From Leucoraja ocellata (lineage: Eukaryota), in assembly GCA_036785375.1 (NCBI GenBank), contig JAWMAR010000015.1:2914001-2978000 (forward strand): a stretch of 64,000 nt of DNA. Reading direction: 5' to 3'. The position numbers were made by a program, and so were the translations under genes. Below are positions 39,301 through 51,300 of the stretch, piece after piece; positions within the stretch are counted from its first letter, which is position 1; the number at the start of each line of letters is the position of its first letter. The notes under the pieces were generated by a model. That model did no database searches. It was not told where the DNA came from and worked only from the letters and a program-made list of their open reading frames with translations.

Positions 39301-42300
39301 TAATCACTCTGCTTCGGGAAGCAGATCATATTTCCATACAACATAGGCAGCGGTCATTTCAGCCCATTAACTCTATGCCAGATCACAGCACAATCCCGTT
39401 CCCCACTAATTTCCCCAGTAATCCATTCCCCCTGCTGCCACCACTCAGCAGGTTCTACCACTAGCCCATGCATTAATGGCAATTTACAATGATCAATTAA
39501 CGTCAATTTCACAGACCTTTCGAATGTGGGAAGACATTGGGAGACACAGGGAATCCCACACGTTCACAGAGAGAAGATGCAAAGTCCACAAAGACAGCAC
39601 CGGATGACAGAATTGAGCGGGGTCACTGGTGCTGTGGGGCTGCAGTTGTACCAGCTGCAAGATCTGGTAATGAGGGCCAGGAGACTCCACTGGGACACTG
39701 AGTTCCACAGATAGCTATGCTACAAAGAGGCCCATGCTGGACTGAGGCAAGTCCACCCAGAAGACAAAGGTTAGAATGATATGGGTTACGGGCAAATGTG
39801 ACTAGTGTACAAGGGCATGAACGAGTTGAGCCGAGGGCTTGGTTCGGTGCTGCAAGACTCCGACTCCATGTCAAGCTGCCTATTTTGTGATAAGACCCCT
39901 AATTCCCAGCAACCCATCACAAGATATGCTCCAAGTTGGATAACTCCTGTTCTTATCTTGAAAATACCATAGACCCCAGAGACTTCAGGTTACAGTATCA
40001 TCCAACAGGTACCATCTTGGGCAATGCAGCAATATCTCAATACTGCACTGAAACAATGGCCTAAATCACGTGCCAATGTCGCTGGACAGGGGAATTACCC
40101 CAAAACCTTCTCATAAAACAAATCAAGTCACAGCTGGTATTCCACAGAGTGTCTTTGATGTGTACAAGCAATATGACTGCCAGTCAGCAGTGTCAGAATA
40201 ACAGATTTGCAAGCTTGTGACAGATGCAAGTTCACTTAGACTTCAAAAACAATATTTGAGCCTTGTCCTACGAGTAATGGTGATAAGGATATTTGTCCTA
40301 CGAGCAATAGTGATAAGGATATTTAAAGTTAATTGAGTATTTGAAATTTATCTAACTGAATCAAGAAATGTTAACAGTGGCGGTCCACCAAGATGCTTTC
40401 TCATATCCTGCTGCCTATCACATTTGTAAATGATATAACAGCATTATTACATTTCTTAATGGCAGCAATTTCTGGTTTAAAAAATGATTAAATGCAGAAT
40501 ATTATGAAAATGCAAGATAACATGGATAAATATGGAGTTGTGCAAATGGAGAAAGAAGTTGTAAACATGTGTTGAATTTTGAATGGTCACCTCTTTCATT
40601 ATTTCGTTGCTGGCCTGAACTAGAGATGAAGATTGAAGCTCTCACCTGTCTGACAACTGAATGGGTATAATTGTTAACCAGGGTCTTGCCAGTTATTAAC
40701 GGTTTCAAATGCATCCAGTTGGCATTTTATCCAATTGAGATATTGGAGGAGGATTTTATTGGTAGAAAGAGAAGATTCTAAACATTATTCCCTTATCCTT
40801 ATCCATGTATCTATATTAAACGTTATTCCCTTATCGTGTCTCTACACATTGTAAATGGATAGATTGTAATCATGTATTGTCTTTCTGCCAACTGGTTAGC
40901 ACACAACAAAAGCTTTTCACAGTACCTCAATACATGTGACAATAAACTAAATTGAACTGCTCATCATGAGGGGTAAATACAGAATTATATTTGCCTCAAA
41001 ACGGTCACGTGTGCAATATAGAACACCGAACAGTATAGCATAGGAAACAGGCCCTTCAGCCCGCAATGTCCGTGCCATACATATTACCAAGTGAAACTAA
41101 TCTCCTCTGCCTGCATGCAATCCATATCCTTCTATTCCCTGCATATCAATGTGCCTATCTAAAAGCCTCAAATGCCACTATCATGTCTGCCTCAACCACC
41201 ACCACTGGCAGCATATTCCACGCACCTACCTCTGTGTAAAAACCATGGGGGAGCAAGCTGGAAAAGAGAGGTAAGGGCGGGACAAGGCCTGGCAACTGAT
41301 AGGTGAAAGATGAAAGATTGGTAGAAGTGGAAAGTAAGAAAAATATTATCAATTTTCATCTCAATAAATTAGTTTCCACAGTGCAATTACTTTGTCGACT
41401 GTCAGGTCAGTACTGTCCGTGATGTACAGCATGTCTATCACTTATTTTCTCATTTCACTCATTCATAGCACAAAACTCCGTTATAATTATAGAAACAAAG
41501 AAATGCAATGCCGGGTTTATACCAAAGGTAGACACAAAGTGTTGTAGTAGCTCAGCGAATCAGGCAGCATTTCCGGAGAAAGGGTAGGTGAAGTTTCGTA
41601 TCGAGACCCTTCTTCAGACTGAAAGGAGGATCCCAACCTGAAAAGTCACCTGCCCTTTTTCTCCAGAGATACTGCCTGACGAGTTGAGTTACTCCAGCAC
41701 TTTGTGTCTATCCCTTATAATTGTGCTGGACAAGTATGAACTGTTAACAACCAGTGCCCTCTGCTGGTTAGCATGAAGGTTACACAATTCTCTATTCTGG
41801 TTAAAATGCAACACATCCAGAGGCAAGAAAGGAGTTATAAAGTTTATCACTGTACATGTAAGCATCAATTCTTCAATCTGAAATGCTCGAAAGTTAGAAT
41901 TTATTAGAGAAAGAACTTGGTTTAAAATTATCCAGTTTTATTTTAACCAAACCAACAAGCTTAATATGCCATAGTTTGTCTTCAAAAGAGCTTAAGTTAT
42001 CATCCAAATTCTTAAGGCAATAAAAGTGCTCTAACTGCAGGTGCAGTTCAAAACTAAGTGTGCATCAATGTCGAGGATAGAAAGACTACGATATCATCAA
42101 CCTCATTCCTCTTCAGTCATTATGAAATGGATATTACCTAATGTATTAAATTATAAGTAATTGAAAGGGTGCTGGAATGTATCACCTCGGCACCAGCAGA
42201 TCTCGCCAAGTTTTGGAATCGGGACTTTAGAGATACAATGCAGAAACAAGCCCTTCGGTCCAATGAGTCCGCATTGACCATCGATCACCCAGATCACCCC

Positions 42301-45300
42301 GTAGCCTACACATCTATAAGTCTTTTGAGAGTGGGAGGAAGCGAAGAAAACCCACCTAGTCACAGGGAGAATGGACAATCTCCATAGAGACAGCCACCAT
42401 AATCAGGATTGCACTCGGTTCTCTGGCGCTGTAAGATGGCAGGTCTACCACTGCGCACTGTATCAATACTCTTAGAGATGGCAAAACGTCTTCAAACCAT
42501 AAAGAATAAATGGCATAGCATTATCACCAGACCAACAATTACAAGTCCAAGTTGTTCAAAACCAAATTTAGGATCAATACCAGTAATTTTGGTCTCCACA
42601 AAGTAAAGTCAATAGAATGTCGTTTTAGGCGCAATAGCTGAAGTAAATTCCGTGAAACCAAAATCATACAAGGAACCGTTTTATAACTGGAACAATGGAC
42701 TGAACAGATGAACACCCACTCAAGATTCTATTCTCACACCGCGCGTGCAACGTACCTGTGCTAACCCCACAGATGTAGTCGAAGAGCTGATAGACTTGCT
42801 TTCCTGTCAATTCTTCAAGTTTACGGAGGGTCTGAAGAGCAATCAGTCCCCTATAACAAATAAAACATTTCTTCAAAGAATCATGTACAAGTTCATGAAT
42901 TTTGCATAAAAACAAAAAACTAAACAAACTTCTAAATTAGGCAGTGCTCTGAATGATTGCTAAAATCAAAATTATATTTTATTTATTGGAACTAAATATT
43001 GATTTAATAGAACATACAACATAGAAACAGGCCATTCAGCCCACAATGCAAGTGCTGAACATGATGCCATTAAACTATTCTCTGCCTGCACGCGATTCAC
43101 ATCCATCCATTCCCTGCATATCCATTTGCCCATTTAAAAAACCACGATTGTATTTGACTCCACCATCGCCCCTGGCAGCGCGTTTCATGCACCCCATTCT
43201 CCATGTAAAAACTCGCCATTTACTTCTCCTTTAAACTTTGTCCCCCTCACCGTGAAGCTGTGCCCTCGAGTCATTGATGTTTCCAATCTGGGAAAATGAC
43301 TGTTCCCCCTATCTATGGACAGGTACTTGGGATAGGAAAGGTTTAGAGGGATACAAGCCAAATGCAGGCAGGTGGGACTAGTGTAGATGGTACATCTTGT
43401 TCACAGCTGGGCCGAAGGGCCTGTTGCTACGCCGTATGATTCTATGATGTTGAGTTAGATGTTCTCATGCACCTGAGGCCTCGTTCTTGATTGAGATTGT
43501 GGTTGACCTAATTCTGTCCAACGAATGTCAGCAATTTATGCAATGTCTCCATTATTCAGAACACACTGAAGCTAAGGTGCACTTAAAGTTGAAGATGTGT
43601 GGATTTTTGTTCAGATGTTAATCTGGTGGTAATCTTGGCTCCGGATGGAAAAATATGTTTGAATATTGTCATATAAGGTCCTATCCAGGCAAGTGGAGAA
43701 TATTCAAGTATATTTCTGACGTGCCTTGAGGGTGGAGAATCTAAAAATCAGCCACTGACATCTTGATTAATAACCTATAATCTGTTTTGGTAACCATAAC
43801 GTTCAGATAGATGATACAATTACCGGTACGTTAAATGTGGAGGTTTCAGCAATGGTAATGTTATTAAATAACATTATTCTGGTCAAGATAAATCTTAAAT
43901 TTCATTTTCTTGTTTACTAGGTCTACTTGCAAGTAACAAATTTTCAACCATTAAGTCTATGGATTCATTTTTTGTGCTTCAAACACAGGCAGCAGTGATA
44001 GAAATTAGGTACAGGAGTAGGCCATTCGGCCCTTCGAGCCTGCAGCCTGATGTTTTCTGGACAAGAATCTTCTGTCGCTCTCCAATCTCTCATACACTTG
44101 GCAGAGAATAAAACTTACTTGAGGTTGACTGAGAATAAGGATAAAGAACTGCTAGTTTCAACTGGTACATATCTTGTTTAATAGGATAATATATGTACTT
44201 TATTGTTGCTATAGCTTGACTTTATCTCAGTGTGTTTGGACTGTTCGTGATTAGCAGCACTTTGCAATCAAGTTCAGTTAAAATCCTACTAGACTTAAAA
44301 ACTCTGTCCCTCCTCTTGCTTCATAATTAATGATGAAATTACTTGTTTGGAAATGGAAGAGCCAGCAGCAACCAGTTTTTCAGATAAAGCTATCTTCAGG
44401 GCTCAGCACTGACTAACGACAAGGAATAATTATCTCGTCCAAATGTATCAAGCCGCTGTGATTAAGCTTCAGAGTATGAAATTCTTTATCAGCACCAGTT
44501 TAATTATATTCAAAGACAAAACACAGAGAAAAAACATTTTGCAAATAAAATTTTAGCCACAACCACCCCCTCCACCCATTTGCAAATACAGAATGTTTGT
44601 GTTTGTGAAAAGAAGGGAATATCCACGTGATCGTTTAAAAATAAACTTTGCTTTGAGTAAAGCTGATCATTAGTGATGATTGCTTTATACAATTTAAAAT
44701 TCCACATTTTGCGTGAACTTATTTAAATTAAAGATTTGGATGCGACTGTAGGTGGCATGGTTGGTCATTTTGTCGATTACACTAAAATTAATGGTATAAT
44801 GGAACACAAAGAAGGTGATCTAGTTACAAAAGAATCTTGATTAACTGGGCCAATGAGCTGAGGAATGGCAGATGGAGTTTAATTCAAATAAATGTGAGCT
44901 GTTACATTTTGGTAAGACAATTCAGGACAGCACTTGCATGAAATGGTAGTGCCCTGGGTAGTATGGTAGAATGGAGAGATATAGGGGTGCACTTATATGG
45001 CAACACAGATAGACAGGGTTGTGAAGGTGTTTGGAACACTTGGCTTCATCAGTCAGTGCATTAAGTATAGGGGTTTGGACGTCATGTTACAGCTGCACAA
45101 GTTGTTGGTAAGGACACATTTGGAGTGCTATGTACCCTGCTATAGAATGTCATTAAACAGCAAACAAAAAAACATTCCAAAGATGTTGCCAGGTCTAGGA
45201 GATTTGAATTATAAGGTGAGGCTGCGTAGTCTTGGTCTTTATTTCCCTGCAGCATTTGAGGCGTCTAAAATCACGAGAGGCTCAGATGAGATGAATTCCG

Positions 45301-48300
45301 AAAGTATGGAAGACTAAAGCCAAAGGTTTTGGGAGAGCATAAATGCACTTGGTAATTTGATAATTCATATTCCAACACAGGAACTTTTTTCCAAAACCAG
45401 TCGTTGATATTTCATTATATTTCAAGGGATATGGGAAGAAGGCAGGCATGGGTTATTGATTGGGGACGATAAGCCATGATCACAATGAATGGTGGTGCTG
45501 GCTTGAAGGCCCGGATGGCCTCCTCCTGCACCTATTTTCTATGTTTCAATAGTTCACCCAACATTCAGTACGCAAAACGAAGATTTCAGATCACGCGACT
45601 CAAACTCTTCATTCAACTCGCAGCCAATCAAATAACATCCACAATTATCCCCGCCTATTCCCAGTTATAAGATCACAGTTTACTGTGCTTCTCACAGCCA
45701 ATCAGAAAGTGGAAAGTGATGTTAATTCACAACTTTAATATATTCCTTTTTAAAGCTGTTTGTAATACATTAAAAGAAATCAAACGCATCTATTTGTAAA
45801 ACTTCTCATTAGTAGTTCCCATGTCAAAATGTTACCGAGCGGATTCATTCGCCCAATAAGTGCACAGGAAATAATGCGTAGTGTTTATATCAAGCATTCA
45901 ACGCAAGAAGCAGCTCTGTACATACGAATGATTCCTTACGTTACTAATAAATATTTTAGTGTGTCAATACACTTTATTTTCTGATTCATTACTGATCATT
46001 CATTTGTGTCACATTATTCTTCATCCCATGTAAAATGTTTGAATTTTCAATCGATGTTGTCAGTTAACTCAGCGATTGTCAAATTTGATAATCTGACATA
46101 CTAAATGATCCATCATACACAAGGAGCAACGGATTGTGTGTCAGACTAACAAGAATTGACTGTACATGGATAAGAAAGGTTTGGAGGTATATGGGTTGGG
46201 CATATGCAAGGGGGACAAGCTTAGGTAACTTGGTTGGCATGGACATGTTTGACCAGACATTGTTTCCATGTTGTATAGTTCTATGACTTTTGACTGCAAA
46301 CCCATAATCAATGGGTAATTATATTGAGATTGTAACTCTTAGTAATTGAGAAGCCAGCAAACTACCGCGGGGGGCTAGATTTCAATACTGGTGGCAGTAA
46401 AAGTACAATGTAGAAAGAAATCTTCTTTCGACTGTTGTATACACACCCTTACAAGACACTACGAATAAAGATAATTTTGCTTCAGGAATCATTCAGGCAA
46501 CAATCACGCGCTAGCAAAAGAGATGCGTATAACAAATATGAAAGTGGTGTTGCCAGAAAATGAACTGTTCAATAATTTGGTTAGTTGTATGTCATTTGGT
46601 GAAGGTAGAGGAGAGTTACTTTGATGTAATGTTAAATGCTACAATTAAAAATCAGTCAATTCATTACCTTGTTCCTCCTCCATCAATAGCCAAGATTCTT
46701 ATACCGCGGCCTTTAATAGGATTGGAATATCCAATTAAAGCCAGAGACTCTCTGACTGCACTCTGAAGAGTTTCATCATTTGCCTGCCTCAGGCGTAACA
46801 AGCAAGGAATTAGCTTCTCCTGTTTGAAACAAGACATAATTTTAAAAACATTTAAAGTATGCTTCACCGGAATTATAATGTATGTTTAATGGAATAAATG
46901 TTATTTTCAGCCTGCTTTTAGACAAAATATTGCATGAAGCTTTGATGAAAATATTCAATGGAAAGACAGCAATGCTATTTTATGCAAATCCCTGAAGTGA
47001 ATATTTAAATACTCCAATGTATTCTGCAAGTGCAACAGCAGTACCCAGAGACCCGGGTTTGATCCCGACTACGGGTGGTGTCTGTACAGAGCTTGTACAC
47101 TTTCCCTATGATTGCATGGGTTTACTCCGGTTATTCCTGTTTTCACCCACAGTCCAAAGAAATGCAGGTTTGTAGGTTAATTGGCTTTGGTAAAATAAAA
47201 TTATCCTTATTGTGTAGGATAGTGCTCATGAACGAGGTGATCGGTGGTTGGCGCAGATTCGGTGGGCCGAATGGACCATTTCCACGCTGTCTCTAAAGTC
47301 AATACTCCCACATCTCATTTAAATTCTACCTTCAGCTTTCCCACTTGCTCCAGATGGGAAGCTAGCAAAAAGTATTTACATCAGGCAATAAATCTTCTAA
47401 TTTGAAAGCTGGGCATCAATATGCAGAACTCGAAGGCTCAGTCCATTCGTTCAAGATCAATAAAACTGCCCATCTCAGTTACAAGTTTGTACAGCATACA
47501 GCAATTACAATACTGATTAATTAACTCTTTCCCCTCATACCCATAACTACCAACAAACTCGTCAGCTTAATTTCCAAGGTGCAAAGACCTTGATTAGTAC
47601 ATTTTTTTACCTGAAAGGAAAAAAATGTGAATCATAAATTGTACAGCACAGAAACAGATCCTTCAGATCACCAAGTCAACATTGACCACAAAGCACCATT
47701 ATATTGATCCCATTTCATTCTCTCCTCATACCTATCAAAACTAGATTCCATGACTTACCTATGAAATTGGGCAATTTACACTGGTCACGTAACCTATCAA
47801 TCTGCACTTTGTGATCTAGGATGAAGCCAGAGCATATGGTCACAGGAAGAACATGTAAACTCCACACAGATAGTACTGTTGGTCAGGATTGAACACGGGT
47901 CGCTGGAGCTGCGATACAGCAGCTCTGTTGGCAGCATGACTGCGACTCCCAAAATTGCTAGGTTTATTGAAGTTAATTTCCCCAACCTGCCTGGGTGAGT
48001 TTTGAACTGACCTCTAGGGTATGAGTCACTAGGCTGCTTTACCATGCCACTCTACTTTATTCTACCATATCTTACAATAACACAAGCCCATTTAAATTGT
48101 GTGAGAATGTAGCATATCCAGGGCGGATTATGGTGCAAAAGAGACAGGGAAGAGACCCCATACTCAAGCCATTGTGCGAAACGCATCTCCTATGCTTCTC
48201 GTCTCATTTCATCACCTCGTATTATTCAGACCACAACCACAACAGTGTCAGAACGTACAGCCAAAAGGGTTTGGTACTGAACATTATGTAGCTCAAATGT

Positions 48301-51300
48301 TTTAAGGCTCAGTTCCAGAATGTCAAAATCCATAATGTTGTATCATTGGGCATTTACAGTTTAATTGAGCAAAAAGCCCATAAACATGCACTGAGCAGAA
48401 TTGTAACAACAATTATAAATCAAGGAATGCACATTGTTAAGAATTATATATTCTATCAGGAAAAATCCTACTTCAGGTAATCTGAGGAGTTATGCCCCTG
48501 TCCCACTTAGGAAACCTGAACGGAAACCTCTGGAGACTTTGCGCCCCACCCAAGGTTTCCGTGCGGTTCCTGGAATGTTGCAGGTAGTGGAAGCAGGTAG
48601 TGGAAGCAGGTAGTTGTGTCTATCTGACAAAAATCTCCGGGAACCGCACGGAAACCTTGGGTGGGGCGCAAAGTCTCCAGAGGTTTCCGTTCAGGTTTCC
48701 TAAGTGGGACAGGGGTATTACCCTTATATTATCTGTATCCTCACCCTCACAATGCCATTCTAGTTTTAAATAATATCTCATCATAAACATGATACCCAAC
48801 GCGGAAACCTACATTCAGACCTGCTTGTAATTTTATATCTAACCACCAGGTGGCACTGTGGAGCAATAGGTAAAACTATTGCAGAGCTGACAAATCCCAA
48901 GCAGTCGATGATCTACGCTCCAGAGTTTGGAGCGGTAACTTTGGCGATCACGCAAATTCTACAGATTCTAGAATTGTTCCTGTGGATTGCAGGGGAGTAA
49001 ATATTAACCCACTATTTAAAAAAAAAAGAGAAAACAAAACAAACAGTTGAGAGTCAGTAGTATAGAAAATGCAGAAATTTACGATGAAAGATTTTGAAAT
49101 GGAGAAAACAATAATAGGAAAGAACAGAGTCAGCATGGCTTTGTGAAAGAAAAATTATGGTTGACTCATTTGCTGAATTGTTTGAGGATGTGACTGGTAG
49201 TATAGATAATCTGGAACCAGTGCTTGTGTTGTATTTTGATTTTGGGATGGTCCCACAGATAAGGTTAGAGCATGTACATTTATGGACGTCACAACAAAAT
49301 GCCGTAATGTTTGAAACTGAGAGATCTTCAGTTAAACTATGATTAAATTATATACATTTTGTTTTCTCTCTCAAATAATCTATTCCTCCATAGCCAAACA
49401 TCCAACCTATCATGTGCATGAGCGGATGCTGGTTTAAACCGAAGATAGACACAACAAGCTGGAGTAACTTAGTAGGACAGGCAGCATCTCTGGAGAGGAA
49501 TGGGTGACATTTCAGGTTGAGACCCTTCTTCAGTCTGAAGAAAGGTCTCAACCCAAAACTTCGCCCATCCAACCTGTCATTTTCAACTCAGCCTTTCAAG
49601 TAGCATAATTTTAATTTCAATCTAATTGATTTTTTCATTCCAATGACCATGTCGTTTTTATAGTTTTTGCCTGACAGCAAGTCCTGCGCTCAGTGCCGGA
49701 TTTAGATGAAGTTGGGGGCCCTAAGCTGTTCCACTTGTGAGGCCCGGACAGCCATGGCGGCCAAATCTCCCACAATTCAAAGCGAGGGAGAAAGTGCCCA
49801 GCGCCGACCAGTTGCCGTTGCTGTGCGCATGCGCAGGACGGCCGATGATGTGCTGGCCGTGGTTGTGCGCATGTGCAAGGCGGCCTGCCGTGCCGGCGGA
49901 TGAGGAGCGAGCGGAGCCCGGCGGCCCGGACACGGATAGCGGGGGGAGATGGAGAGGGAGAGATAGAGAGGGGGGTCACCCAGAGTTGAACGGTAGGTGT
50001 TCTGCCTTGGCCGGAGGCCCATCAATTTTTTCGGGGGGCCCCCTAGAAAGTGGGGGCCCTAAGTTATAGCTTGTTTAGCTTATACGTAAATCCGGCACTG
50101 CCTGCGCTGCAAAGCAAATACACAGAAATTAGCACCTGCTACTCACCTGTACTACCCTGAGCCACCACTAGTTATAGTTTTTTAGAGATACAGCGCGGAA
50201 ACACGTCCTTTGGCCCATCATGTCTGCGCCAACCAGCGATCCCCGCACAGTAACACCATCTTTCACACCCAGGGACAATTTATAATTATACCAAGCCAAT
50301 TAACCTACAAACCCATACGTTTCAGGTCGAGACGTCTGAAGAAGGGTCTCGACCCAAAAAGTCACCCATTCCTTCTCTCCAGGTTATTCAATGCAACCTT
50401 TTCCTCATATTTTAATTATCGATATTGGTAATGAATTTACATGGTCTAGCCACTATTCATAGACCCCGATTTGTCACAGAAAACCTGAAAGACATTGGAA
50501 GCCATGCAACAAGGGCTTCCCATGATCGGTGAAGGGGAGGCACTGTCTGGATCTAGCCTATTATACTTGGTCTCGACATGCCAAGTGCAGTGCTAAAGGA
50601 AAACAACTTGCAACTATTTTGCTTCATGTTCGAACCAGGACTATTGTACAGTGGAATAGAGCAGCAAGGCTGGTGGTGGGGGAATGGCGTAGCAGTCAAA
50701 AACCCACTGCACGTTTCAACCGATTCACTCCAAAATAAAATAGGTACCTCCCTCATTTACCTTGATAGCCACTGCCCTGGTTTCAGGAAATTCTAGAAGG
50801 TGGTAATTCAGTTCCTCAACTCGATTGATGCACAGTCTAACATTCGAAGCTCGGCGTAGTGCTTGCGCCAAGGCTCTTGTCCTGTTATCCACACTAAACT
50901 TAGCAATGATCTAGACAAAATAAAATGTAGCACCATTAGACAAGAAAAACATTCAGATCATGTCACATTCATCCTTTTAATCTTGAATAGCCACAGCTTA
51001 TCAACACTGAAGAATCCTATTAAAAAAAATAGTAAACCATATAATGGAAACTAACCAAGATGGCCAAAAATAATTTAACTAAAATCTTAACATAAAACAT
51101 GTGAGTTCAAGACCATTCTGGAAACGATAAGCAACATACTGTCCCATCTCATTGGTAATGGTAGACATAATTTCAGGAACACATGGAAAAGAGAGTGCAT
51201 ATTTAAATTATGTGGAGTGGCCTTGGCATTGATGCGAGTCCTTACTCTTAATCCAAGACAATTATGTTAAAAATGTTTAAGACAAATCGACCAAATCTGC

